From: a virus | Strand: one strand, 5' to 3' | Virus record (IMG/VR): IMGVR_UViG_3300009157_000016 | Location: 44,378 to 108,377 of that record | DNA: 64,000 nt | Shown here: positions 38,146 to 47,934 of the stretch, piece after piece | Numbering within the stretch: position 1 is the first letter of the stretch | Layout of the letters: each line of letters opens with the position of its first letter | The notes under the pieces: generated by a model | The model's database searches: none | Told to the model about the DNA's origin: nothing | What the model saw: only the letters and a program-made list of their open reading frames with translations | Made by a program: the position numbers and the translations under genes

Positions 38146-38496
38146 CTAGGCCGGCAGTTGCTCTGTCGTCTCAGGCGGCGGTGGCGGCACGTATTCCTTG
38201 AACGTGACGTCCATTTCGAAGTCGTCCTCGGGATTCTCCACGGCCATGTTCCTGATGGACACGAAGGCGTGGGAGCCGTTGTAGGTCACCGCATAGATGG
38301 TCGGGTCAACCACGACGCCGTCCTTGGTGACTGTGTCCACGACGTTGTTCGGCGGCCGTGGCGCTTTGAGATTGACGTTGGCGACCGACTCCATCGTCTC
38401 GGTCATCGCGTACTCAACGTTGAGGACTTCAAGTTCCTCCTCTTCGACTTCAGTCTCTACGGTTTCAACCGGATCGTCTGCCAATTTAACCTCCAT
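38146..38496 (-). CDS. acidic hypothetical protein
   Basis: Coupled ORF; Glu/Val/Thr-rich. Confidence 0.55.
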   Translation of the reverse strand: MEVKLADDPVETVETEVEEEELEVLNVEYAMTETMESVANVNLKAPRPPNNVVDTVTKDGVVVDPTIYAVTYNGSHAFVSIRNMAVENPEDDFEMDVTFKEYVPPPPPETTEQLPA

Positions 38497-39148
38497 ACTT
38501 CCGCGCCAAACGTTGAGCCCAACAGAGCTGTGAGGCGCTGACGTGTCGTCTATACCGGGTCCGCAGTATTCCAAAGTCCTTCATGATCTGTTCGTCGATG
38601 ATGTCCCATATGTCGTGCCACGCCCAGTCCCATCTTGAGCCGGGTGGTGGTTCCCAGTCGAAGGCGTCAGCGTGAATGATCTCAACCTGATCCCCGTGCA
38701 AGTCCTTGAGATGAGGACCCACAAGGCGAATGATCCGCTTGTTGATCTCCACGACTGTCACATGGCTCACAGTTAGCTTCCGCAGAGCGGCGTCAACTGC
38801 CATGCCCAAGCCTAGGCCGGTAATCAGGACGCGTCCCTTCACTGCGTTGAGCATGGGAACCAAGTCCGCGCATTCGTCCAGTGTGTCTGACATGACCACG
38901 CCGCGTTCGGCATGGATGAGGCGGGTGTATGTTCCGTGAGGGGTCCATCCGCGTTCCCCTTTGACCAGTCCGCGAGCCGCTACCATGTCGGGCGGCTCAA
39001 CGAGCGTCCTGTCAATGGTCCAAGGACCTAAGCTCCCTTCCGGGACGCTGCATTCTGGAATGCGCTTGCGCAAGTCCGCAAGTTCCCTCTCCTTTTGCTT
39101 CTTGTAGCGCTCGATTTGTAGTGCGATGAAGTCCGCCGGGCTTGTCAC
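38486..39148 (-). CDS. SAM-dependent methyltransferase, spermidine-synthase-like fold
   Basis: VMSDT..E, VLITGLGLG, VTVVEI, IIHADAF, WHDIW. Confidence 0.8.
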   Translation of the reverse strand: MTSPADFIALQIERYKKQKERELADLRKRIPECSVPEGSLGPWTIDRTLVEPPDMVAARGLVKGERGWTPHGTYTRLIHAERGVVMSDTLDECADLVPMLNAVKGRVLITGLGLGMAVDAALRKLTVSHVTVVEINKRIIRLVGPHLKDLHGDQVEIIHADAFDWEPPPGSRWDWAWHDIWDIIDEQIMKDFGILRTRYRRHVSASQLCWAQRLARKYGG

Positions 39149-39223
39149 GTGTCCTCCCTTCACAGCAGCCGCAGCACTCCTTCGTGATACGGCAGCACAT
39201 CCACTTGCAATCAGAAAACCTAG

Positions 39224-39451
39224 TCATGTCTCCCTCACCTGTCCTTTGACGTATCGCACCACGTCAACGGCGCGCACAACGAAGACGCTCTCAACGCCGT
39301 CGATGAGACTCATGGTATTGGCGGCCTCTAGGGCCGCCTTCTCCTCGTAGTGGATGAGACCAAGCGGCGAGCACGCCGCCTGTATCTCGGCCAAGTGACG
39401 CTTGCCGCGTACATGAAACGTAGGCTTGAGCAGGAACGTATCCTGTCCCAT
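39224..39451 (-). CDS. hypothetical protein
   Basis: Packed ORF. Confidence 0.55.
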   Translation of the reverse strand: MGQDTFLLKPTFHVRGKRHLAEIQAACSPLGLIHYEEKAALEAANTMSLIDGVESVFVVRAVDVVRYVKGQVRET

Positions 39452-39727
39452 TTATCTCTCCTTCCAGTTCTTGGGGTAGTTGACCGAGCGACCTTCAACG
39501 AAGCGGGCCGACATCAACGAGTGGTAGACGTCAACCCGCGCGCAGCCGGTCAGCTTGGATAGTTCAAGGGCGGCCATCTCAGCCGCATGGCTGGCGTTGT
39601 GGCGCAGACCCACCTTCCTGATCTTGGCCATCTGCTTGCGATCAGGCTTGTGGTCTGCCTTCCACACCACCGCGATGTGATAGAACGTTTCTCCCATTCT
39701 CAGGTGCCTCCCTGTTACCGGTGTCAT
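39452..39727 (-). CDS. hypothetical protein
   Basis: Packed ORF. Confidence 0.55.
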   Translation of the reverse strand: MTPVTGRHLRMGETFYHIAVVWKADHKPDRKQMAKIRKVGLRHNASHAAEMAALELSKLTGCARVDVYHSLMSARFVEGRSVNYPKNWKER

Positions 39728-40122
39728 TTCAGGTCCCGTGCCGCAGGCGGGATCCCCACGTCAACGACGTAGTACGGGTCCGTGAGGCTTGTGAGCACCA
39801 TTTCCACCTTCTCGACAAAGCCGGCAGCTATGCCCATGCAGAACAGGAGCTCCATCGAGTCACGATAGTACGTCCATTGCGTGCCGTTGCGCTTGCAATG
39901 GCCCATTGAGAACGCCCAACCGCCTCCCAGCTCCTTGTGGAACTGGTCGGGCAAGAAGCTCAGCATGAGACGTATGTGCTCCTTGTGGGCTTCTATGGCC
40001 TGCTTGTTGAAGGAGTATTCTTTCGTGACGCCGCGCACTTGAACAACGTTCTCAGGTGCGCAAGATGCGGAGTAACGACAGTACGCGTACGTCCGTTCCA
40101 CATTGGTTGCAGTCAGGTCCAT
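39724..40122 (-). CDS. hypothetical protein
   Basis: LPDQF..GGGWAF..GTQWT..LFCMGIA motif; AGGAGG RBS. Confidence 0.7.
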   Translation of the reverse strand: MDLTATNVERTYAYCRYSASCAPENVVQVRGVTKEYSFNKQAIEAHKEHIRLMLSFLPDQFHKELGGGWAFSMGHCKRNGTQWTYYRDSMELLFCMGIAAGFVEKVEMVLTSLTDPYYVVDVGIPPAARDLK

Positions 40123-40453
40123 TACTTCCTCCTGAACGGTGTGACGTTGTCGTGATTGGTGGTGGCCCCACGGCCAACCAGACCTTCATCTCCATACCGG
40201 TCATGACGGCAAGGAACTGAGGGTAGTCCGGGTCGTCAGTGCGAATGATGAAGGCGAGTGCCATAGCCGGCTGGAGACCGTCCTTGGCTTCAATCTCAAT
40301 TACTTCGTACTCAGTGGAGTGAGGCTGCGGGAGCTTGTCTGCTTCTGTCCTTGCCACATTGACGAACTCAGAGGCCGCCTTGTGTGGGTCGTCAGTCAGG
40401 AAGACAAGTGTCCCGGTGTTGCGTTTGTAGATGCGAAACCGCATAAGCTGCAT
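40052..40453 (-). CDS. hypothetical protein
   Basis: GAGGAGG RBS; first gene after a non-coding gap. Confidence 0.6.
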   Translation of the reverse strand: MQLMRFRIYKRNTGTLVFLTDDPHKAASEFVNVARTEADKLPQPHSTEYEVIEIEAKDGLQPAMALAFIIRTDDPDYPQFLAVMTGMEMKVWLAVGPPPITTTSHRSGGSNGPDCNQCGTDVRVLSLLRILRT

Positions 40454-40990
40454 CCTCCTCTCTTAAGCTGTTTTATCCTTCTTGCGCGTGTACGTGTTCC
40501 ACGTCCAAGTCCAATTCTCTATCAAGAGAGTTCGACCTGTATCCACGGAAACCCCCCTACCCCCCTTAAGGGATAGAGGTGCTTCCCGTGGAACTCTATC
40601 AAGATGAGACAGACCTTGCAGAGCCACGGAGTGTCCTTGCGGATACACTATCCTAAGGTTTATCTAGGATGCGCCAACTAGGAGAGGCTTCGCCCTACCC
40701 TGCGCTTCGCCACCCGCCTAGAACTGGGACGGTGGACTTCGGAACAGCGCTTGCTGGATGCTACCGGTCGTGGAACGACAAAACGCTCATGCAACGGCTG
40801 TTGATGAGCACATACCCTTCCGGTGATGATCTTGGGGGGCTAGGATGAAGGAAGGCCGGAACCGTGCAGGGGTTCCGGCCTCCCAACTCTCGGTCAGCCA
40901 TCGGGAGAGGGCATGAGAGTGTCGCGAGCCAAGCGACAGGGCCTACCTAGCAAAAGCCGGCTAAGGACGCAACATGATTTGGGAATCGCA

Positions 40991-41980
40991 CTACGCTCTC
41001 AGGTGTGCTTCTGTCACCTTGGGCTTCTGGTTCGGGTTCTCAGGGTCCCAATTGACAAAGTAGGATTCAACCAGCTTGGCTTTCTTCACCTGCGGTCGCT
41101 CCGGATCGTTCCGTGGCCCATGCCAGTAGTAGTTGATGTACGCCGGACGGATGTGAAACTGCTGCTTCCAGCCGGGAGACTCACGCTTAGTCCCGTCCCG
41201 GCTGTAGGTGTGGGCGACGCGTATCACTGTATGCCGTGGTATGGGATGCTTTCGCGCCTTGTGTCTCGCCTTATTGAGACGGGTTGGCTCTATGACTTCC
41301 TTATGAACGCCGCGTGTATTCAGCAAGACGATCATTGCCTCAAAGGCGTCCTTGCATGGCAGGAAGTCCTGAAAGCCGATGTCAGTTATGATTCGTGCCG
41401 CTTCCGGCCCCGGTTCAACGTAGGGCGCTGGCCCGGTCATGTAGTGGACGCCGAAGCCAGTCTCACCTCCCGGTACGCCTTCAATGTCTGCTTCGGTATC
41501 GAAGGCCAACCAATAGGTGCCCGGCGAAAAGATCAAAGTATCCTTTCCTTCCCAATTCACTAGCCTGAAAAGAATTGCCCTGAACGGATGATATACCTCC
41601 TCAATGGACATCTTTTCTTTGGTCTGCCGCTCGTGCAGCACGACGAAGTTATGCACGGTGCCCAAGCCCTGCTTGGTCCGGCCGTCAACCTCGCACATGA
41701 CGTCGTGGAACGGAAGGCGAGCGATGCCGGCCGCGTGCATGGCCTCAAGGCTCTTGGTAACGTCAGGACGACCGCATATCTCCATGAGGCTCGGTTCCAC
41801 GTAATACTTGGGAGTGTCCTCAAGTATGTCGAAGAGCGACTCCATCTCGTCGTAGGCGCGCGTGTTCTTATAAACTTCCAGCAAAGGCCGTGATCCCGGC
41901 CCCTGCTTGATGCCTACGCGGCCCGATGCGAGCGTCTCCCGGCAGCGGTGCCACCGCGTTCGGATGTTATCCCCTTTCAC
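40991..41980 (-). CDS. conserved-type phage protein with basic C-terminal H-x-R-x2 motif
   Basis: RLPF..E, LNKARHKARKHPIP.H, FHIRPAYINYYWHG; GTG start with AGGAGG RBS. Confidence 0.75.
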   Translation of the reverse strand: MKGDNIRTRWHRCRETLASGRVGIKQGPGSRPLLEVYKNTRAYDEMESLFDILEDTPKYYVEPSLMEICGRPDVTKSLEAMHAAGIARLPFHDVMCEVDGRTKQGLGTVHNFVVLHERQTKEKMSIEEVYHPFRAILFRLVNWEGKDTLIFSPGTYWLAFDTEADIEGVPGGETGFGVHYMTGPAPYVEPGPEAARIITDIGFQDFLPCKDAFEAMIVLLNTRGVHKEVIEPTRLNKARHKARKHPIPRHTVIRVAHTYSRDGTKRESPGWKQQFHIRPAYINYYWHGPRNDPERPQVKKAKLVESYFVNWDPENPNQKPKVTEAHLRA

Positions 41981-42153
41981 TTTCGCCTCCTTGTTGCAGT
42001 GCCCAAGGTGTACCCAAGCCAAAGGGAGAAGCCGGCCATGAGGCCGTCTATAATGAAAACCCACGAAGGGTATCCAGCCCGCAAGCTTGAGAACATATTG
42101 ACGCTGGCTCCTATGATCCAGATGACAGTGAGTTGCGCAGTGGTGCGACTCAT
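41977..42153 (-). CDS. small membrane protein (58 aa)
   Basis: Manual translation MSRTTAQLTVIWIIGASV..WVFIIDGLMAGFSLWLG; GGAGG RBS. Confidence 0.5.
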   Translation of the reverse strand: MSRTTAQLTVIWIIGASVNMFSSLRAGYPSWVFIIDGLMAGFSLWLGYTLGTATRRRK

Positions 42154-42154
42154 G

Positions 42155-42595
42155 TCACCCCTCCCTAGCTGGAAGCTGCATCAGCTCCTTTGCCATGTTG
42201 GCGGGCAAGTCAGCCTTGCCGCCGAGGAACGTCCGCTGGTTCCGCCACACGATGATGACGTGGTAGCGTTCGCGTAGCTTCTCAATGGCCGCTTTGACAC
42301 GGCCTTCGTTCCATGCGTTAGGATAGTCCTTGTGGACGTGAGCAACGATGATGGTCTTCTCATGCGTCCCTATGAACATGACCTTGGCCCTGTCCGGACG
42401 CAAGGACTCATCCGGCCAGTCAGTTTGCAGCCAAAGGCATTCGAAGTCCTGACAGGACTGGGGCCGGCTGGGATAGATCCCGCAGCCGACACCTTTCTTG
42501 GCGTGGGGACACCACCGGTCCTTCGGCTTATCCAGTTCTGTGACTGCCATTGCTAGGCAGCAGAACGTGCATCCCCCACAGGTGTTCTTACCCAA
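42155..42595 (-). CDS. YkgJ/CxxCxxCC putative Fe-S/zinc cluster protein
   Basis: CGGCTFCC..KP..WCPH..CGIYPSRPQSCQDFECLW. Confidence 0.8.
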   Translation of the reverse strand: MGKNTCGGCTFCCLAMAVTELDKPKDRWCPHAKKGVGCGIYPSRPQSCQDFECLWLQTDWPDESLRPDRAKVMFIGTHEKTIIVAHVHKDYPNAWNEGRVKAAIEKLRERYHVIIVWRNQRTFLGGKADLPANMAKELMQLPAREG

Positions 42596-42749
42596 ATAGA
42601 TACCTCCATAGCTTGAACTCCCAAGGGTCACCCCCGTTGTAGAGTTCTATCAACATGCCAGTCATGATGCCTATGATAAGGCCCATGACGCAAGGAAGGA
42701 GGATGGACCAGCCATCCTCCTTCCACGTTAGCCTCCTAAAGGCCACTCG

Positions 42750-43070
42750 TCAGGGCCTTGTGCCGAACGGCAGCTTGCCGCCTTCCAACTGGAGGGCGAG
42801 CGTCCGGAGCTTGGTGCTCACGAGCCTGCGGTTTTGGCCGAGGTCGGTGGCGTTGTAGATGCTGGTTGCCTCTTCGAGCGAGATACCGAGCATGTTGGCT
42901 AGGTGCTGCTCGTTGTCCAGAACCGTGTCGTGCCACACGCCGAACCTGCGCTTGCAAAAAGCGTAAGCGCAAGTGTCAGGATTATCCATGCTGAAATCGT
43001 GCTTGGTATCCTGCTCAATGTCGTCGGCCAAAGCGCGCAGCTTGGCCGAAGGCGAAAGTGGTGCAAGCAT
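42750..43070 (-). CDS. hypothetical protein
   Basis: GGAG RBS; repeated KLRxLA. Confidence 0.6.
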   Translation of the reverse strand: MLAPLSPSAKLRALADDIEQDTKHDFSMDNPDTCAYAFCKRRFGVWHDTVLDNEQHLANMLGISLEEATSIYNATDLGQNRRLVSTKLRTLALQLEGGKLPFGTRP

Positions 43071-43151
43071 TTCCTACTCCCTAGTCGGCAGACTCATTCA
43101 GCCCCGGAATGCCAATCCGGAAGACGGCGGGCTTGCCGCCGTTTCGTCAGG

Positions 43152-43379
43152 TCAACGTCGTTTTCCTTTCCCGCCCGATCTAATCTCCCAGCCACGAAGC
43201 CTGCGGGCTATTTCGGTTTCGTGACCGGCTTTCAGTTGCGCGAGCTGCTTGCGGCAGCTCTCAACCGACGCCAGAGCCGCCTTGAGGTTCTTGGCGTTCA
43301 GAGACAGGTCCAGCAGGCTGAACGTCGTCTCCGTGATCTGGTGATGCTGCTCTAGGTAATCCTGGTAGTTGAATTCCAC
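43152..43379 (-). CDS. small coiled-coil hypothetical protein
   Basis: GTG start with AGGAGG RBS. Confidence 0.5.
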   Translation of the reverse strand: MEFNYQDYLEQHHQITETTFSLLDLSLNAKNLKAALASVESCRKQLAQLKAGHETEIARRLRGWEIRSGGKGKRR

Positions 43380-44043
43380 GCTCCCTCCTTACCTTGAACT
43401 TGACGGGCGGAACCACGATGTCGCGGTAGGCTTCGTCAATGTCAGGTGATTTCAGATACTCCATGACCTTTGCACGGCCTTCCTCGTCGTCAAGCTGGCG
43501 ACCGTGTATCCAGTATTCGACCACGCGGTAGGGCTGCTTGGGCTTGAACAAAGGAGCAACCGTTCCCTTGGTGAAGTCCTGTCCGACTGCCATGACGGCT
43601 ACGAAGACCAGCGGCCGGTTTGCCATCTGAGACTCGTCGATCAACACCTGACCAGTTTCAAGAGCGATCTTGCCGTCAGCTATCTTGCCTATGATGGCCT
43701 TCTCAGTGGTGGCGCTGCGCTTGTATTTGGACAGCGCCAGCCACGGGCAGACCAAGAGCGCATAGTGGGCGCACTCAAAGTGCATGGGCGCGTCAGAAAA
43801 GAAGCCGTGGGGATGGAAGGCGGACATAGGACCGCCAATGAACCACCGTCCACGGAAGAGCTTCCCGCCGCATATGCTGCACAGGTCGAACTTGGCGCAC
43901 ATGATACGCCTGTTCGTGTCGTTGATTGCCAGATGAGGGTTCCCGTTCTTATCTATCATCGCGACATAAAAGATCGGGTACCCCCGCGCGTCGAGCTTGA
44001 GATGCTGCATACGCGCGGGGATGGCTATGTCGGTGTGTGCCAT
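43261..44043 (-). CDS. Cys/His-rich hypothetical phage protein
   Basis: RGYPI, C..LCSICG..FIGGP..PMHFECAHYALLVCPWL. Confidence 0.75.
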   Translation of the reverse strand: MAHTDIAIPARMQHLKLDARGYPIFYVAMIDKNGNPHLAINDTNRRIMCAKFDLCSICGGKLFRGRWFIGGPMSAFHPHGFFSDAPMHFECAHYALLVCPWLALSKYKRSATTEKAIIGKIADGKIALETGQVLIDESQMANRPLVFVAVMAVGQDFTKGTVAPLFKPKQPYRVVEYWIHGRQLDDEEGRAKVMEYLKSPDIDEAYRDIVVPPVKFKVRRERGIQLPGLPRAASPDHGDDVQPAGPVSERQEPQGGSGVG

Positions 44044-44044
44044 A

Positions 44045-44461
44045 CTACTCCTTTTGTCTACCAGACAGGACGGCGACCAGATGGATCAGGGCCTTCTGGC
44101 ACGGCCTTGAGCAGGCGTTGAAGTCTGCCACAAGCCTTCCCACGACGGTCGCCGTGTTCAGCATGTCGTCGACCTCAGCGCTAGGTGCCGTCCCTCTATA
44201 CTGCGGAGGCACCAAGTCGTTGATGGACACTTCCAGCGCATGGGCCATCGTAACCATGCGGGAGAAGCTGAGCCGGTTGGTTCCCTTCTCATACTTCTGG
44301 ATCTGCTGGAAGGTGATGCCGCACTTGTCGCCGAGCTGTTCTTGGCTGAGCTCGCGCATCTTGCGCAGTTGCCGAATGCGGCTGCCCATCACGATGTCCT
44401 CCTGGCGAGGCTCTTTGACGGACGTCGTTCCCTCAATGGCACGTTCCTTTGACTTGACCAT
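44045..44461 (-). CDS. XRE-family HTH transcriptional regulator
   Basis: GSRIRQLRKMRELSQEQLG..GITFQQIQKYEKGTNRLS. Confidence 0.9.
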   Translation of the reverse strand: MVKSKERAIEGTTSVKEPRQEDIVMGSRIRQLRKMRELSQEQLGDKCGITFQQIQKYEKGTNRLSFSRMVTMAHALEVSINDLVPPQYRGTAPSAEVDDMLNTATVVGRLVADFNACSRPCQKALIHLVAVLSGRQKE

Positions 44462-44514
44462 GTTCTCACTCCTACACGAACGGTATAGACCTGCGTAACC
44501 CTCACGCCGTTCAC

Positions 44515-44997
44515 ATGAGGCAGGATGCGATGTCAGAGTTTGTCAAGCTAGTTGTCGACGGTTCATGCATACGTCAACAGGACTGCGGAGGCTGGGCCTA
44601 CCGCTTCGAATGGCATGACCGTGTATTCAAGGACAGTGGCGGTGAGTTCCCCGCTACAAACAACACAATGGAATTGGAGGCTGCGCGCCAAGGATTGATA
44701 GCTGTCAAGCGCCACACAAGGCGTGACATCCATCTCCTTGTCATCAGCGACAGCCGCTACGTCACACGTGGTGCTTCGGAATGGCTTCCCCTCTGGCGTG
44801 AGCGTAGGTGGATCACACAAGAGGGCAAGCCAGTCTCAAATCGCTCCCAATGGGAGGAAATAGACCGGCTTGCTACGTGGTTTGATCGAGTTGTATGGAA
44901 GTGGGTGAAAGGACATCAAGGCCACGAACTCAATGAGATCGTGGACGAGATGGCGCGGGACGCTGCGCGGCTTATGCAGCGTCAGCGTCCCGTTTAG
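44515..44997 (+). CDS. rnhA: ribonuclease HI
   Basis: VDGSC, GGW, TNNTMELEA, SDSRYV, WKWVKGHQGHELNEIVD. Confidence 0.92.
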   Translation: MRQDAMSEFVKLVVDGSCIRQQDCGGWAYRFEWHDRVFKDSGGEFPATNNTMELEAARQGLIAVKRHTRRDIHLLVISDSRYVTRGASEWLPLWRERRWITQEGKPVSNRSQWEEIDRLATWFDRVVWKWVKGHQGHELNEIVDEMARDAARLMQRQRPV

Positions 44998-45262
44998 CGG
45001 ACCTCACTCTCCAGAGGTCCAGTCCCGGTGTCTTGTAGCCGTTCCTTGCGGCCCACCTGAGCACCGCCTTTTCCTGAAAGCGGATCAGGTCACGCGGGTT
45101 AGGTCCCTCGCTTCGCGGGTTGTTGGGAATGCGGATCTCAAGTTCGCTGAGACCCTTCTGACGCCAGCGGAATAGAGCCTGACGGCTGACCTGAAAAATC
45201 TCCAGCAGGTCCTCCATCGTGATCAGCTCTTCGATGGCGCTCTCCAGATCTTCTTGACGCAT
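44972..45262 (-). CDS. MerR/excisionase-like HTH DNA-binding protein
   Basis: LITMEDLLEIFQVSRQALFRWRQKGL..IRF..VLRW; AGGAG RBS. Confidence 0.7.
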   Translation of the reverse strand: MRQEDLESAIEELITMEDLLEIFQVSRQALFRWRQKGLSELEIRIPNNPRSEGPNPRDLIRFQEKAVLRWAARNGYKTPGLDLWRVRSAKRDADAA

Positions 45263-45365
45263 GTCTACTCTCCTGTCGAATTTACCTGTCCAATACAGGG
45301 TTTGAGTTTCGTTTCCGACCGTGTATATCTGTCCCTCCGATGTGCTTTTCTTATCGGGTGTCCAC

Positions 45366-46052
45366 ATGCAGGGTAAAAATAAACGACGGGTTCGGCTAGA
45401 CGACGAGCCGCGACCGAAGCGCGTGCGGGACATGGAGCCCGCCAACCGCGCCCGTGACCGGGCTTATCGAGATGCACCGCGCGACACGGAAGGTCGCATG
45501 ATTCCCGGCTTTAGATACAAGCAACTCGTCGATGCATACGAGTCCGCCGGGCTGGAGCCGCATGTTCAGCGGGTAGACGACGTCAGCTTGACGAAGCGCC
45601 CCATGTTCATCTCAAACCCTGAGAAGGGTAAGAGGCTGATCAAGCTGCTCCGCAAGGGGTTGCCTTACACCACGTGCTGTCGGTTGATCGGGATCAGTCG
45701 CTCCACATTCATTGAGTGGATGGTGAAGGGCCGTGAAGGGCATCCCCATTACGTTGACTTCTACGAGAAGATCTGCAAGGCGGAAGGCCAAGCAGAACTC
45801 AGCAGGCTCAAGGAGCTGCGGCAGGATGGTAAGGGCGACTGGAAGTCGTCTGCTTGGCAGCTCGAGCGCCGTTGGCCTGAGCATTGGGGACGCCGCGACG
45901 CAGTGCGTGCGGAAGTTGTCGCCAACGTAGAAATCAGCGTAAAGGGGAAAGAAAAGCTGGCGCAGCAGGTCGCCACCGACGAAGTGTCGCGCGAGCTTGC
46001 GCGCCGCATGATTGACGGAACGGAATACGGCTACGAGGACCTCAGCAAATGA
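45366..46052 (+). CDS. terminase small subunit
   Basis: HTH LRKGLPYTTCCRLIGISRSTFIEW and DWKSSAWQLERRWPEHW; directly upstream of TerL. Confidence 0.75.
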   Translation: MQGKNKRRVRLDDEPRPKRVRDMEPANRARDRAYRDAPRDTEGRMIPGFRYKQLVDAYESAGLEPHVQRVDDVSLTKRPMFISNPEKGKRLIKLLRKGLPYTTCCRLIGISRSTFIEWMVKGREGHPHYVDFYEKICKAEGQAELSRLKELRQDGKGDWKSSAWQLERRWPEHWGRRDAVRAEVVANVEISVKGKEKLAQQVATDEVSRELARRMIDGTEYGYEDLSK

Positions 46053-47665
46053 CCGGTCTGATTGAGAGCACTGGCCGGTTCCGCGTACGATTGGACGCTG
46101 AGGACCTGGAAGAGATTGAGGCCCGCCCCAAGCGCCGCGTGCGCTTGGGGACAGACGTAGCAGAGCTGTCGCAGGCGGCGTATGCCAAGCCGCTTGTCGA
46201 CACTGCCGGGAAGCCGCTGATAGTTCCCAACAGGGACTTGATGGGCAGGATCACACCGGAGGAACTGGCGTACGCGCTGCCCGGCGGTCTTGCCAAGCTG
46301 GCCTACCCCAAGTGGATGTATGCCCCCTACATCCGCTACGTTGAGAACCGCATCCTGCCCATCATTCAGGGCAACAAGTCCATCTACCTGATGTTCTCAG
46401 CGCCGCCTCGGCACGGCAAGACACAATTCATTTCCAAGGTGCTGCCGGCTTGGTATCTTGGGCGCAACCCTGACAAGCGTGTCCTGCTCGTCACCTACAA
46501 CACTGAGTTCTCCAAGCAGCAAGGTCGCGCTGCCCGGAACATCTTTGAGCAGTTCGGTCCCACGGTCTTCAACTTGAAGGTCGCGATGGACAGTTCGTCC
46601 GCTTCCCATTGGGACATTGAAGGACACCAAGGCGGTATGGAAGCCGTAGGTGCCGAAGGTTCCATCATGGGTAAGGGCGCGGACCTTCTGATCATTGACG
46701 ATCCGCTCAAGGGCTTTGAGGCTGCGATGAGCGAGACCATCCTACAGCGTGTGTGGGAATGGTTCCTGACCGACGTTTACTCCCGTCTGGAGCCCGGCGC
46801 TTCGGTCATCATTGTCATGACGCGCTGGACGCTTCTTGACTTGATTGGTCGCATTGAAGCGCGGCGCATTGAGACGCAGGAGGAGGTTGACGCCGGCGAG
46901 GAAGAGATTGTCGCGTTCGACGAGTTTGAGCGCATCAACTTCCCTGCCTTGGCGACCGACGACAACGACGTGCTTGGCCGCCTCACCGGTCAGGCGTTGT
47001 TCCCGCAGCGGTACCCCGCAGAGCGCTTGCTCAAGATCAGGCGCAACATGGACACGTACTGGTGGGAGGCCCTGTATCAGGGGAACCCCGTGCCGCTCAG
47101 CGGCACGATGATCGATATCAAGTGGCTGACCGGCACCGGCCGCCAGTACGTGGAGGAGATGGTCCGCAATCAGTTCGAGATGATCGTCATCTCAACTGAC
47201 ACGGCCAACAAGGACACCGAGCTGGCCGACTTCAGTGTGTTCGGCGTGTGGGGTATCCGTGAGGACCGTTACTACCTTTTGGACCTCATCCGTGATAAGA
47301 TGGAGTTCCCTGAGCTACTAGGCACCGCGAAGGCGTTGCTGGAGCAATGGGATCCGACCTTCTTCCTCATTGAGGACAAGGGCTCAGGAACCAACCTGAT
47401 CCAAATGCTCCGCAACGAGGGTGTGGACTGCGTGCGGCCCATAGACCCCGGTAGCGAGAGCAAGATCATCAGGATGAGCTCTGAGACCCCCGCGATGAGA
47501 GTTGGCAAGGTGAAGACTCCGAAGGACGCCTCATGGCTCGAGCCCTACCTGCTTGAGGCAAGAAGCTTCCCCCGTGGCAAAAAGGACCAAATGGACATGA
47601 CCTCGCAGTTCCTACGCTTCATGCGTGAGAACTCAAGCGGGATCAAAATGTGGACATTCCAATGA
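46049..47665 (+). CDS. terminase large subunit
   Basis: APPRHGKT, LIIDDP, VMTRW, ALYQGNP, STDTA..DFS, LIEDKGSG, KDQMD. Confidence 0.95.
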   Translation: MTGLIESTGRFRVRLDAEDLEEIEARPKRRVRLGTDVAELSQAAYAKPLVDTAGKPLIVPNRDLMGRITPEELAYALPGGLAKLAYPKWMYAPYIRYVENRILPIIQGNKSIYLMFSAPPRHGKTQFISKVLPAWYLGRNPDKRVLLVTYNTEFSKQQGRAARNIFEQFGPTVFNLKVAMDSSSASHWDIEGHQGGMEAVGAEGSIMGKGADLLIIDDPLKGFEAAMSETILQRVWEWFLTDVYSRLEPGASVIIVMTRWTLLDLIGRIEARRIETQEEVDAGEEEIVAFDEFERINFPALATDDNDVLGRLTGQALFPQRYPAERLLKIRRNMDTYWWEALYQGNPVPLSGTMIDIKWLTGTGRQYVEEMVRNQFEMIVISTDTANKDTELADFSVFGVWGIREDRYYLLDLIRDKMEFPELLGTAKALLEQWDPTFFLIEDKGSGTNLIQMLRNEGVDCVRPIDPGSESKIIRMSSETPAMRVGKVKTPKDASWLEPYLLEARSFPRGKKDQMDMTSQFLRFMRENSSGIKMWTFQ

Positions 47666-47934
47666 CGGATCAACAGCAACCACCGCAGACGATTGTACAG
47701 GCGGGAGGCAGGGTAGCTGAGGGGTTGGTCTCCTCGTTTACCGGAGCCCCAACGCTGCTTCTCATCGTGATCCTGAATATCACGATGATCATCATGGGTG
47801 GTTTCTTTTTGCTCAAGCAGGACGAGTTGCAAGCCAAGAACGTAGCCGAAGTTATTTCACTGGTCCGTGCGTGCATTTTGGAGACTGTTCCAACCACGCA
47901 TCTCAACAGGGAGTTAGACAACAATGGCCCGTAG
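47662..47934 (+). CDS. small membrane protein (possible holin)
   Basis: One strong TM helix PTLLLIVILNITMIIMGGFFLL; coupled to TerL and portal. Confidence 0.55.
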   Translation: MTDQQQPPQTIVQAGGRVAEGLVSSFTGAPTLLLIVILNITMIIMGGFFLLKQDELQAKNVAEVISLVRACILETVPTTHLNRELDNNGP

